Position numbers and translations under genes: made by a program. From NCBI GenBank assembly GCA_032718475.1, contig JAUCBJ010006218.1, positions 124,001 to 188,000 on the forward strand: DNA of 64,000 nucleotides, written 5' to 3'. Positions 20,359 through 30,625 of the stretch are shown piece after piece. The notes under the pieces were generated by a model. That model was not told the origin of the DNA and did not search any database. It saw only the letters and a list, made by a program, of their open reading frames with translations. The stretch is from Nemertoderma westbladi (taxonomy: Eukaryota > Animalia > Xenacoelomorpha). Position 1 is the stretch's first letter, and the number at the start of each line of letters is the position of its first letter.

Positions 20359-21436
20359 CACTTCAATATACCAACACAAAGACCGGTAGAAGTTAGCCAG
20401 CCTATAAACAACCATTTACAGGTACCGGCAAGGGAGGAAACTCTACAGAGGGACCCGCATATAGGACTATAAAAGGTATAGCCTAATACAGTAATAAATT
20501 TAGGGTTGTTGTTATTGTTATTGTTATTGTTAGGTCTATCAGTTATTGTTGCTTATAAAACTTAGTAGACTGAATCTATTTTATATATAATTAAAAAAAA
20601 GCGAATACATAAATAAACTAACTATGTTTTATATAGGCCTCCGTCAACATAGAGTGAATGTTAGTAACAGAGAATGTGGTGGATTTTATATAGGCTTAGT
20701 TAGGTATACTGCGGGCCACTCCTATTGTATCCGTGTGGAGCCATTATATGACTGGTTGAATGATGGGGTTCCTGACTAAAAGTTAACGGTATAGCATACA
20801 ACATAAAGTGAATGTTGAAAGTTAGTAACAGAGAGTGTGAGGGGATTTTATAGGTCCAATAGCGCTACCGGTACCTAACTACACCTATTGTGTCTGTGAG
20901 GTAGTCAGCTTTCAGTTGAGGAGTAGTCATTAGGCCTATATGCCTAACCGAATGAAGGTGTACCTTACCTATCCGTAAACCATATTGGGTCAACATGCGA
21001 AAAAGGGCCCCGCATAAAGTTAACTATAGCTGTATAGGCTTACCTATGCACCAGTAGCACGCAGTAATGTAGATTAGACCAATTAAAGTTGTAAACAGAA
21101 AATTGGAAGCATTCAAGTGTAATAGCCTAATCCTTAAATCAAAGAAACCAGCATGCTCTTGAGCTATCCAAGTATACAGGTACAAGAGTGCTACGGTGCT
21201 GGTACCAGTAGGCCTATTGTTAGGTGAGCCTCCTCTAATGCTGTATTCACGAACCCACATGTCGACTTAATTTAATTTTATTATTAGTAAGTACGGTACC
21301 GGTAACGCTAAAGCTCTGTGGTTGCTGTCGGGGGCCATTCTGTCGTTCTACAGTTTAGCGTTGTTGGCATATGTAGTAAAATCAGCTAGCTACTGGTAGT
21401 TAAACTCTGATACAACCGCCGGCTACCGGTAGGTGC

Positions 21437-21439
<3 letters not shown>

Positions 21440-21500
<61 letters not shown>

Positions 21501-21515
21501 GGTGTGTGTGTGTGT
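21440..21515. repeat. (GT)n microsatellite
   Basis: Direct read. Confidence 0.95.
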
Positions 21516-21643
21516 AAACTTAAGTCCTACACCTTTAGTCAAACTGAGATATAAAAAAATAGATTTTAATGTTTTTATTATTTTTATTGACATTAAAACA
21601 ATTATATTATCCCATCACATTACATTACATGCTTAGAGTAAAC

Positions 21644-22243
21644 CTACAGTACATCTTCCACCGCAGTTATTTCTTTCTGTTTATCATCATCATCAGTCGC
21701 AGTTAAACGCTTTCTCATGAAAAAGTGTAGAGCCTCATACCCGCCAACACGTTTTGCTGAGCAGTATCGCAGACAGTTATCCCTTATGTTTAAGTGGAAC
21801 GTGCATTTACTTTCCACTGTAGTGAATCGGTCGTGAAATCGACAAGGGGTTAAATAATCGTGATATTGCTTATATATTCCCAATTTCTCCACCGAATTTG
21901 GCTCGAGAACATCGAGTTGGGAAACTAATATTGCCCGCTTCATCAACCCAAATACATGAATATTTTTTTTATATTTTAAATGTCTCTTCATATATTTTTT
22001 AAAGTCGTCTTGCGAAATGTCCCCATAGTTCCAGGGCAAGTGAGAAGTCATATCCCGTAAATTGTTTACGTGGGCTGCATCTAATGCTGATAATTTAATA
22101 TTAGGTGGGCCTTTAATTAAAAACGTCTTTATATTAGTTTTGGTGTAATTAGAATCGAAAATAGCAAATTCTTTAAATACTACCGGAAACTCTTTATTGT
22201 CTATCTTATAATATTGAAAATCAACAAAAATAATATTATCCAT
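21644..22243 (-). CDS. Polinton accessory protein, putative DnaQ/DEDD-fold nuclease
   Basis: FVDFQ...FKEFAI...HLPWNYGD...HVFG..K with a C-terminal C/H cluster. The pattern is recalled from invertebrate Polinton DEDD-like proteins. Confidence 0.5.
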   Translation of the reverse strand: MDNIIFVDFQYYKIDNKEFPVVFKEFAIFDSNYTKTNIKTFLIKGPPNIKLSALDAAHVNNLRDMTSHLPWNYGDISQDDFKKYMKRHLKYKKNIHVFGLMKRAILVSQLDVLEPNSVEKLGIYKQYHDYLTPCRFHDRFTTVESKCTFHLNIRDNCLRYCSAKRVGGYEALHFFMRKRLTATDDDDKQKEITAVEDVL

Positions 22244-22274
22244 TTTATCTGATAAACAAAAGTTAAATAATTAA

Positions 22275-22727
22275 TTACAAAGTTTGTTGGTTTAATTTAT
22301 AATAATTAACAAGCCATTTATATAATATAATTTCATTGATTTCCACATTATTTGTAAACGCCCTCATTGGATAGATTGTGTGAATATGATTTACCAAATA
22401 ATAAAGACAGTATAGACCGCATGTGGTCCTCCTGGGGTCTTGAAATTGTTTGCGTGTAGTACGCCACCTTGCGGAATTTTTCTCAAGCCATTTTTCGATG
22501 CATCTGTTTGGATATTTTGGTCCAAACGAGTCAAATACTTCGGCCTCATTATCTCGTATATATATCGCGATCCAATGAATCCCGGGCAGATGCTCTTTAT
22601 CGGTATTTACTATTAACCCATAATCCTGCCGCTTATTATTATCTAATTTAGGTAATTTGTTAGCTGGAAACGCTCCCAAATAGTGACCACCCACTGGAAA
22701 CATATCAAGGTCCTCTGTAGATAACAT
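22275..22727 (-). CDS. Adenain-like cysteine protease
   Basis: IVNTD...PGIHWIAIY...EVFDSFG...QFQ....TTCGLYC (H-D-Q-C catalytic set). Confidence 0.95.
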   Translation of the reverse strand: MLSTEDLDMFPVGGHYLGAFPANKLPKLDNNKRQDYGLIVNTDKEHLPGIHWIAIYIRDNEAEVFDSFGPKYPNRCIEKWLEKNSARWRTTRKQFQDPRRTTCGLYCLYYLVNHIHTIYPMRAFTNNVEINEIILYKWLVNYYKLNQQTL

Positions 22728-22729
22728 AC

Positions 22730-23989
22730 TTAATCGATATGTATTTCTTTCCTGCTATTTAAACTTAATGATTGATCATAAATATTAAAAACGATTACAT
22801 TTATGGTCTCAACCAACGGTTCGGCAAATCTTAATTTTAATTGGCCGTTAGTATATATCGAGGGTTGCGGATCTCTAACATAACCGTCGGCGGTTAGGTC
22901 CCAGGATAGGAGAGGGCAATTACCTAAGTAGGTTTCATGGTCTATATTATTACCCCCATAACCGTTAATATATGTATTAATGTTTTTCATTAATTGAGTA
23001 TACTCAAAAATATATGTTCCATCTGTAAAATTAGGCTCGTATATTACACCCCCTACTGGAAGACCGTCTACAATCAGTTCCGCGCGTCTAAGGTTAAAAT
23101 GTTCAAATTTCAAGGGATTGCTAATTAATTCTCCCGAATAAGCGTTATTTGTTATGAAGCCGATAATAACTAATTTGGGTTTTTTACCATCAAATATGTT
23201 TGTTTGAGTGTAATTTGTGGTTTGAGCTGGAATAGTAAATGTAGTCACCTCTTTCTTTTGGAATTGATATTCAATATCGTAGCTCTCTAAACCTTTTAGG
23301 TGACTGCTTTCTATTACCAGATTAACCTCCATTCTAGGGATTAGAATTTTTATTTCATCTAATTCTAGCCGAAGATTTGTCACGGCATTTGCATTTGGAG
23401 TGATTTTAAAAATAAACGAATTTGATACTTTTCTAAAATGCATTCTTAAATCATACCCAGGTTGTATTATTTTAGTTTCAGTATCAAAATCAATCGTCAA
23501 TCCACTTACAAATTGCATTTGTTTACTAAAGGCCCCGTCAATAGGATGCGCGCCGACATTAATTTCATTTCCGTGTTCTGTTAAAGGCTGATGAAAGCCA
23601 CCCGCACCCAGTAGCCCATTTTTATCCTCATAAGTTGTAAATAATAAATTGGATAAGTACGACTTGTAGAAATAATGGTTATTGCTATTTTCAACCTGCT
23701 TCTCATTAAGGTCTATTTTAATATCACTCCACATAGTTTCAGCTGGGTAATTCAGCATATATATATGAGAGTTTTCAAGTCGCCTATCCCAGCGTACTGT
23801 ACATTTTGTAATTAATAACGCATCTTGCAGTTTCGTATAGAATTCATTGGATCTGGGTACAAGGAAGGTGACCTCCCTAGATTCACTTCGGAGATTAGAT
23901 ACGGGGTAAATTGTTTCATAATGCTTTGCTTTAAATTCAGTCTGTATTGGTTGTGTAGAAAATAAATCTAATTCCTTAATAATTGACAT
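22730..23989 (-). CDS. Major capsid protein (double jelly-roll, hexon-like)
   Basis: 419 aa with ELDLFS..P.QT, YFYKSYLSNLL, KPKLVIIGF..N.AYSG...SNPLKFEHFNL and L.LRFAEPL. It lies next to the protease as in Polintons. Confidence 0.9.
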   Translation of the reverse strand: MSIIKELDLFSTQPIQTEFKAKHYETIYPVSNLRSESREVTFLVPRSNEFYTKLQDALLITKCTVRWDRRLENSHIYMLNYPAETMWSDIKIDLNEKQVENSNNHYFYKSYLSNLLFTTYEDKNGLLGAGGFHQPLTEHGNEINVGAHPIDGAFSKQMQFVSGLTIDFDTETKIIQPGYDLRMHFRKVSNSFIFKITPNANAVTNLRLELDEIKILIPRMEVNLVIESSHLKGLESYDIEYQFQKKEVTTFTIPAQTTNYTQTNIFDGKKPKLVIIGFITNNAYSGELISNPLKFEHFNLRRAELIVDGLPVGGVIYEPNFTDGTYIFEYTQLMKNINTYINGYGGNNIDHETYLGNCPLLSWDLTADGYVRDPQPSIYTNGQLKLRFAEPLVETINVIVFNIYDQSLSLNSRKEIHID

Positions 23990-23991
23990 TA

Positions 23992-24552
23992 TTAAAAAAT
24001 ACTTTTTTCGCAGTGTTTCAGTTTGCCTTTTATATTTCTCTTTTTACTACGTCGATGTTGTATGTTCATAGACATTGGTCTAGCGGGTCGCTTTAAATCT
24101 CTATAAACTTTTTCTACAACCGATCTTGTTGACGGTTTCATTTTATTTAATGCTTTATTAATAACCGTATTAGCCTGCTGATGTAAGACCCGCTTACCTT
24201 TTGGTATTACATGTTGTCTCATAAATTTTGTGGTAAATGGTAAAGCTTTTTGTAAAACTTTTTTAGCTAATGGCTTACCAAATTTTTTCAATGTAGATAA
24301 AGCATCTGTAAATATACCTTCTCCGTGTTGATTTGCCCGCATACCTCTAGGATAACGTTGAAAACGACGTTGTTTTAAGTTTGGACCAAATGCACCAATT
24401 TGTTGACCGTAAGGGTCAATATATGAACCACCACAAAAAACAGGAACTTGCGTCGAGCCTCTGGTACTTCTTCCGCCTTTAAAAACAGCAAGATTAGAGT
24501 CTGAACCCCCATATTGAGGTTTACTGTATCTTTGAAATAAATCAGAATCCAT
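23992..24552 (-). CDS. Basic core-like protein with repeated xxGG/QxGxG motifs
   Basis: QYGG, FKGG, FCGG and QHGEGIF followed by an amphipathic K-rich helix and an R/K-rich tail. The position is conserved between penton and MCP. Confidence 0.7.
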   Translation of the reverse strand: MDSDLFQRYSKPQYGGSDSNLAVFKGGRSTRGSTQVPVFCGGSYIDPYGQQIGAFGPNLKQRRFQRYPRGMRANQHGEGIFTDALSTLKKFGKPLAKKVLQKALPFTTKFMRQHVIPKGKRVLHQQANTVINKALNKMKPSTRSVVEKVYRDLKRPARPMSMNIQHRRSKKRNIKGKLKHCEKSIF

Positions 24553-25408
24553 TTGAATTTATACGTTTAAAGTGTAATGTAATAGATGTTGTCCCGTATT
24601 CAAAATTCAAATCTTTTCCTTCTTTGTCTGTTATTTCAATATGAATGTATGTTATCTTATATGATTTTTTTACAGGGATATAATGAATTGTATCTTTGAC
24701 AAATTCTTTATTTATTACGCTACCATATTTCACATCATCAGGTATCGCAACACGACGAAGTAAAGCTAAACCAAAATCGTTAATATATTGATTTTCAATT
24801 ATATTAGTAGTCACGTACATGTTCGATTTAGGTTCTGGAATAGAGTTGGGCGGTTGAGGGCATAAAAATACCATCTGGTAAGCCTTTTCTCCATTTCCGA
24901 TAACCTTTATTAAATAACCCTTTATATTATTTTTCGTCTTCAAAATAATTTTAAAATTTGGATTTAAATTCGCGCCGAGATTATTTTCAGTAATTCCAAA
25001 ATAATAGGCTAATTGTTGGCCTATAAATAACTCTCGCACAGTTTTCCCTAAAATAAATTGCAATCTATTTTGCTGAGTATTTTCAACTATTTGTAATTTA
25101 TCTTTCAACGCCCCTGTGTTAAAATAATCTATAATGTCATTGATACTGTAGAATAAACCAGATGGAAGTGTATCCTCAAAAATTTTTTTCCCTTTTTTTA
25201 ATAAAATAACATTCTCTACATTGTTATACATGGACGGCAATGTTGCTAAGTAAAATATACTTTTTATACCTACCACCCAGTTTTCGTTTGGATTTATAGG
25301 TAAGGCACCGTGGAAATTTATCTGATAATTACTAGCGCTATTGCGGGGAAAATCAATTGGACAGGAATTACTTGGTAGTCTAACGTAGAACTCATCCATC
25401 ACCGCCAC
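24542..25408 (-). CDS. Minor capsid protein (penton-like), copy 2
   Basis: FYVRLPSNS...N.ASNY, WVVGI, MYVTTNII, LLRRV, YIPV, IEITD..G....F..G...ITLHFKR. Confidence 0.88.
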   Translation of the reverse strand: MAVMDEFYVRLPSNSCPIDFPRNSASNYQINFHGALPINPNENWVVGIKSIFYLATLPSMYNNVENVILLKKGKKIFEDTLPSGLFYSINDIIDYFNTGALKDKLQIVENTQQNRLQFILGKTVRELFIGQQLAYYFGITENNLGANLNPNFKIILKTKNNIKGYLIKVIGNGEKAYQMVFLCPQPPNSIPEPKSNMYVTTNIIENQYINDFGLALLRRVAIPDDVKYGSVINKEFVKDTIHYIPVKKSYKITYIHIEITDKEGKDLNFEYGTTSITLHFKRINSNGF

Positions 25409-26264
25409 CCCGTATTAACTTAAGTGTTATAACAGTGCGACCTCCGCTGAAGTTAATTAATTGGCCTTGGCCGTCACGTAAAGTAATTAAGATTGTTTTT
25501 AGTTTTTTATTCAACAATGGGAAATAGCAAATGCTCTCGTATTCGTGATTAATATATTTTCGATTTAATTGCGTTAAAGGGCAGGTTCTTAAGAGCGGAG
25601 CTAAAGCGTCGCCAACAAATGAGCTCTTAATAATATCTGTGTATATGAAAATTGTATCTTTATTACGTGTTATATTTGTGGGAGCTGGAAAATCTAAAAT
25701 GCCAATTTCCGAAATTTTTGATCCACTATAATTTAAAATTAATATCGGTTGTTCTATATTGCTTAATTCATCTACTGTAGTGGTACTGTATATATCCCAA
25801 TTTGGAATATCCGGATGATTCCGATCCAATAACGGTTTTAAGCCTAGAATTTGTATTAAATCGCCGCGTAGACTTAATTGTATTTTTTTCAACTTTTTAG
25901 GAAATTTAAATTTAATTCTAGAATTATTTGTATTAAAAATGAATTCGAAATCTCTATATTTCGCTTCAGAATTAAACAGTTTATTTATATCATCAATAAT
26001 CACTTGAATAGAGTTATGCATACCAGGAAATAAACTATATAATTTGGCATCTTTTGCATCTACCCCGATTGACAGCGAAATTTGAGTTTGCAGCGTAATA
26101 TTACTGTATGTTGCTTGGTATTGAAGTTCGGCAAGTCCAATTTTGGCATTTGGACCAATATATAATTCTTCGGCTAAATCAACAGTAAACTCACTAGGAT
26201 TATTATTGGGATAAGTGTTCAATGAGCTATCTGAAAGTAGAGTGATATATGTATCTGTGGCCAT
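25392..26264 (-). CDS. Minor capsid protein (penton-like), copy 1
   Basis: YITLLSDSS..YPNNNPSEF.V.L, IGLAEL, IFIYTDII....VGD..APLLR, YFPL, ITLRD..G..I.F.GG...ITLKL. Confidence 0.9.
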   Translation of the reverse strand: MATDTYITLLSDSSLNTYPNNNPSEFTVDLAEELYIGPNAKIGLAELQYQATYSNITLQTQISLSIGVDAKDAKLYSLFPGMHNSIQVIIDDINKLFNSEAKYRDFEFIFNTNNSRIKFKFPKKLKKIQLSLRGDLIQILGLKPLLDRNHPDIPNWDIYSTTTVDELSNIEQPILILNYSGSKISEIGILDFPAPTNITRNKDTIFIYTDIIKSSFVGDALAPLLRTCPLTQLNRKYINHEYESICYFPLLNKKLKTILITLRDGQGQLINFSGGRTVITLKLIRGGGDG

Positions 26265-26513
26265 TATTATTATTATTTAAGCTCGCTCTCTCTACTTGAC
26301 TCCTTTGTACATACAGTATAATGTTAAATTATAGACATCTGTGACCACGTTCATTGCCAGCATCTTCTACAGTATATGCGTGGGATCAATATTTTACTGG
26401 CTTTATTTAAAGCGGATGAACTATAGATATAGTAATATCATTCAAGTTAATATTATTGATTAATTACGGTCATATGCGACCAAAATGAATTAATATATAG
26501 TATAAACCTAAGC

Positions 26514-27605
26514 TTATTGAATATGCTGTACCCAGGACTGTTTCTTGGATCCGATGAATCGGACTAAATATTCTTTCTTCCCATTGCGTACACATTCTTT
26601 AAGTTTGCCAATATTTTTTTTGTCAATTGCTAGATAAATATTACTATTCGGGTGGACCTTTTGGAGTTCGTGAGAATAAAATGAGCCCTTTATTATAGCT
26701 CCGGTGCTGTCCTTAATATCGAACATTACCGCTGGTACTCTATCCAACCTGACCCGATGAATAATAAATAATTCACGTGTCCATTGTTCTCGATAGCCTT
26801 TAGCAAAAGCAGTACGAGCAATAGATAATCGTACTATATCTCCAACTTTAAATTTTATTTTCTTGTGATTTATCTGTCTATATTTCCCATATAATCTATT
26901 CATTAATTCAGTTTCATTAAATTTATTAACTTCAATAGGTGTCATTTGTATTGTTCTATGATACGACCTATTATAAGCCGAGATAAGCGTAGGTAAAATT
27001 TTTATCCAAATATTATTTCCCCTTTGCGTGAAAATTTTGAACATCTTTGTTTTTAAGGTTCTGTTAAATCTCTCGACAATAGCCGCCTTATTCACAGAAT
27101 ACATTACGTAATACTGTATACCTAACGTATCTAAATATTTCCTTACAGATTTATTTAGAAACTCAGAACCTTGATCCGTGGCGATTCTGTTTGGTTTTCC
27201 TTTCTGGAATATTTTTTGCAATATACTAATAATTTCAACACCCTTTTTTGTTTTCATAGCATAGCCAAAAGCAAGCCGACTGAAGGCATCAATGCACGTT
27301 AATATATAGTTATAATTATTATTTTGCGATTTATATTGCTGCATATCCACCAGATCTATCATATATATATCTTTTATGCCTCCCGTAAATATTTTAGATG
27401 TTGGATAATGTTGTCTACGTGGAGCGTGAAGGGTGTATGTCTTTTGTCCGCTCAACCATTTCTGGGCTTGCGCTGGTTTGATGTTTGCAGCTTTTGCTAA
27501 TTTTGCAACACTTGCAAATCCCGCGGGGGATGAAGGATCTAAATAAATTCTTAACAGTTTTTTGTCTAAGCTTCGGCTTAAAATCGGTTTTATCTTGCGA
27601 GGCAT
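26514..27605 (-). CDS. Retroviral-like (RVE) integrase
   Basis: DDE triad in IDLVD, TDQGSEF and AAIVERFNRTLK. Also IYLDP..PAGF and FKVGD.VR...F.KGY...WT.E.F, with a C-terminal chromo-like YLVRF.G remnant. Confidence 0.96.
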   Translation of the reverse strand: MPRKIKPILSRSLDKKLLRIYLDPSSPAGFASVAKLAKAANIKPAQAQKWLSGQKTYTLHAPRRQHYPTSKIFTGGIKDIYMIDLVDMQQYKSQNNNYNYILTCIDAFSRLAFGYAMKTKKGVEIISILQKIFQKGKPNRIATDQGSEFLNKSVRKYLDTLGIQYYVMYSVNKAAIVERFNRTLKTKMFKIFTQRGNNIWIKILPTLISAYNRSYHRTIQMTPIEVNKFNETELMNRLYGKYRQINHKKIKFKVGDIVRLSIARTAFAKGYREQWTRELFIIHRVRLDRVPAVMFDIKDSTGAIIKGSFYSHELQKVHPNSNIYLAIDKKNIGKLKECVRNGKKEYLVRFIGSKKQSWVQHIQ

Positions 27606-27656
27606 CTTTTCGACAACCGCAAGTAATATGTATATTCAAATCTCTTATAAAGGGCA

Positions 27657-27827
27657 TCACCGTAAGAACAACTGAAATTTTTTAATTATTTTCTTCGAAG
27701 TTGATGTTTTAAAGGGTTTTCTTTTTGTAGTATTTACTCTAGGTATATCTTGTGGTTTTAAATCAGCAGCTAACGGTTTACTCGATACTAAATATAATTT
27801 TCTAAATGTTACTCCCGTTTTAACCAT
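27657..27827 (-). CDS. Small basic ORF (56 aa)
   Basis: MVKTGVTFRKLYLVSS... starts at TAATAATG right after the upstream stop and fills the gap before the integrase. It is below the ORF-track cutoff. Confidence 0.4.
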   Translation of the reverse strand: MVKTGVTFRKLYLVSSKPLAADLKPQDIPRVNTTKRKPFKTSTSKKIIKKFQLFLR

Positions 27828-27829
27828 TA

Positions 27830-28213
27830 TTACCGTCCACAGTTAATTTTTTTCGCAATAGCAGCCCCCGCGGCAGCGGCACCGGCACTCGCGGCGAGTT
27901 TCGCACCAATGCCGAGTAAGGGTATTAGAAACGGTAGTATGCCTCCAGATTGATTGCTTAACTTTTTTCTGTAACTTGATATATTTTTTGTTTTACGGTT
28001 GAGTGATTTCAATACCTTCTTATAGCGGCGAATATTTCTAAATGAATGAGGGGTCAATTGTACATTACCTTTTAGAACATTTAATGCAGTATTTACAATG
28101 AGCCGTATTAATTCGTTACTGGCGGTATGGTTAATAAAATAAGTTCTTTGTTGAGGGGTAGCGCTGCGTAGAAATTCCAGTTCGTTACGATATTTCTGCA
28201 CAAGTCTATTCAT
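27830..28213 (-). CDS. Conserved small Polinton structural protein with adenovirus pX-like C-terminus
   Basis: LI..I...ALNVLKGNV.LT followed by QSGG/ILPFLIPLL and an Ala/Gly-rich hydrophobic tail. Confidence 0.75.
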   Translation of the reverse strand: MNRLVQKYRNELEFLRSATPQQRTYFINHTASNELIRLIVNTALNVLKGNVQLTPHSFRNIRRYKKVLKSLNRKTKNISSYRKKLSNQSGGILPFLIPLLGIGAKLAASAGAAAAGAAIAKKINCGR

Positions 28214-28250
28214 TGTTGCAACATTATTGAAAATTGTTACAAAATATTAA

Positions 28251-28931
28251 TTATTTATCATTATTATTATTATTATTTTCGCTACGTTTATAGTCAGTGT
28301 AATTTTTAATGTAACAATTATGATTACGAAATATATCAGATCTAAATCTTAAATGTTCGGGTGTTTCCTGTCGTAAATCAATTAAGAAATGTGAAAATGG
28401 TTGAATTGTCGCATCTTGATAGGAATCAACTAAAAATTTGGTCTGCCCTGGTAACATCTGCTTCGCGAAATTTAAAACCGATAGACTGTCTCTCGGATTT
28501 TTCATTAATACTAAAGTATGGCTATTAATTGATCTTGTGTGGTTATGCTTCCCACCGTAAAACATGTTTTGCGTTATAAAACAAATAAATATATTGGAAT
28601 GATGAGCTACCTTAGTAAACAATACAGTTAAAGCTGTACTGGACTCAGTTTCTGTTAACAAATCATCTATAATTAATAAATCTCGACTATTCACTAAACT
28701 ATCTATATTTTCAGGCAAGCCTTTGTAAAGGTGAGTAATACCAGGAATAGTCGGGGGATTGCTCCCGTAACAATACAATACTCGCAAGGGGGCTTCGTTG
28801 AAACAACCATTCTTGTGTTTAATTAAATTGCTTACAAAGGTTGACTTTCCGGAACCAGATGGCCCTGAAATTATCATACTTGTGCCCATTTGAAAGTTTA
28901 AATTATATGGACCTGAATTAAAGTCAGCCAT
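28251..28931 (-). CDS. A32/FtsK-like genome packaging ATPase
   Basis: Walker A GPSGSGKS, Walker B LLIIDD, plus HHSNI...ITQN and KNPRD. Confidence 0.95.
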   Translation of the reverse strand: MADFNSGPYNLNFQMGTSMIISGPSGSGKSTFVSNLIKHKNGCFNEAPLRVLYCYGSNPPTIPGITHLYKGLPENIDSLVNSRDLLIIDDLLTETESSTALTVLFTKVAHHSNIFICFITQNMFYGGKHNHTRSINSHTLVLMKNPRDSLSVLNFAKQMLPGQTKFLVDSYQDATIQPFSHFLIDLRQETPEHLRFRSDIFRNHNCYIKNYTDYKRSENNNNNNDK

Positions 28932-29253
28932 TTATTATTATTATTAAGATATATCAACAATACAATATAATATAATATCAATATCAATATCAATAAACCA
29001 ACACCATTACTATGTATATAACAATAATTGATGCAACTACAATATTAGAGTACTGTATATTTAATTAACATATGACGCCACTACAGTATGTGACGCTCGC
29101 TGCAGCAAAAGGTGCTATTTCCAATTATAGTATAGACTGATGTAATTTCAAGCATGGTGAGCATCTTTATACGCGAAATAATGATAGGTAACATCGGCGG
29201 TTTGGAAATCACTTCCCGAAAATTTCGCGCTAATGATTTTTTTATGTTCGCTG

Positions 29254-29601
29254 CTAAAAAAAATAAGGAATATAGTAGCAACAGCGTCGTACTACGTTTC
29301 TATAAAAAATATTCTCCAATATTGTAAATAAATCTCCCGGATCATTACTTTTCGCAGAAATATAAGTTATATTGCGAAGCTCTTTCCAATAATAGGGTTG
29401 GTATCTTGCCAACTTTATATTAAACTTAGATATGGATGCGCGACAAATAGGACAAATTTTAGAACAATAATTATTCATTTCGGAATATTGTACAATACAT
29501 TGTACGCAAGTTGCATGTTTATTTTCACATTTATAATAATCTCGATGTTGTTGCAATAACTTAGAATAGCAAACTGGACATTTTTCATTTAAAATATCCA
29601 T
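29254..29601 (-). CDS. RING finger (C3HC4-like) protein
   Basis: CPVC...C.NKHATCVQC...CPICR. Confidence 0.85.
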   Translation of the reverse strand: MDILNEKCPVCYSKLLQQHRDYYKCENKHATCVQCIVQYSEMNNYCSKICPICRASISKFNIKLARYQPYYWKELRNITYISAKSNDPGDLFTILENIFYRNVVRRCCYYIPYFF

Positions 29602-29766
29602 TTTCCAAATTTTAAAGTAAATTGAAAATAATTACCACAATACACAACAACAACAACAAACAAAACTGTTATACTGTATATACAAATACTACTACAATTT
29701 TCGATTATTTAAAAACAACAAAATTTTATATATAATCATAAAATATTTATAATATAGGGGGAAAAG

Positions 29767-30210
29767 TCAAGAATCAATGATATTATCAACATATTCAACA
29801 TTATCCGCTGATTCTTCAGGTTCGACAAAGGATTCTTTTGAAATCATTACAATAAAGAAAGACATAATTTCGTAGGGGCTATGCCGATTTAGCCGTATTT
29901 CAAACTTTTCACCAGCTTCGTTGTATTGTGTAATAACAATAAATCTCTCTATCATGGATAATAGTAAGATGTTGGTTAATTTTCCCACATGCTCAGCTTT
30001 CAGGTTGTAATCTAAAAGATGAATACTATTATCAGAAGCATCAATATCAATTGAGCTTAAAACTTTCCTGGCTTTTTCAGAAAATTCAATTTTATATTTA
30101 TCATCTCCCTGACGGTAAATTGTATAATCAATAACAATATAGGCTTGACCATCTTCTGCAAAAAATGAATGCCTTACTATTGGCATAACCATATTGGAAT
30201 CAGAAGACAT
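29767..30210 (-). CDS. Hypothetical Polinton protein (147 aa)
   Basis: Intact ORF in AT-rich DNA with a TATATATAA ~95 nt upstream. No recognised motif. Confidence 0.55.
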   Translation of the reverse strand: MSSDSNMVMPIVRHSFFAEDGQAYIVIDYTIYRQGDDKYKIEFSEKARKVLSSIDIDASDNSIHLLDYNLKAEHVGKLTNILLLSMIERFIVITQYNEAGEKFEIRLNRHSPYEIMSFFIVMISKESFVEPEESADNVEYVDNIIDS

Positions 30211-30625
30211 TATTTAATTTATTTTATTGTAAATCAAACAAACAAAGTAAAAACTTTTAAACTAAAACCATTACAAATGATTAATTGCGATTAAAGCAAG
30301 AGATTATATATAAGATATTTTCAAAAATAATACAGGTCTTAAACTGAGAAATAGCCTAAATTCGGTTTATTGATTGGTTGATTAGCTGGTAGGGAACTAC
30401 TGTATAAACAAAAAAAATTATTGCGTAATAATAATCACTAATACTCGTATACGCGTAGCTGGAACGTGACGGAATCTCATGTATCATACTGGTTGGTTTG
30501 TTGATTTGGCGACAGCAGTCGTGGAGTTGGCAATCAATATAATATAATATATGCATGATGCGTGTAGTTGGTGGCCACGTTGTCAGCATATACAGTATAC
30601 AGTGGTTGGTTGCGTGGATAGGAAA

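Larger units (their letters stand above)
12948..20472 (+). pseudogene. Polinton ORF of unknown function (~140 aa) disrupted by the LTR element
   Basis: Joining 12948..13261 to 20364..20472 (one TSD copy removed) gives an open frame ...DDSLHF|NIPTQRP...PHIGL*. Confidence 0.6.
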
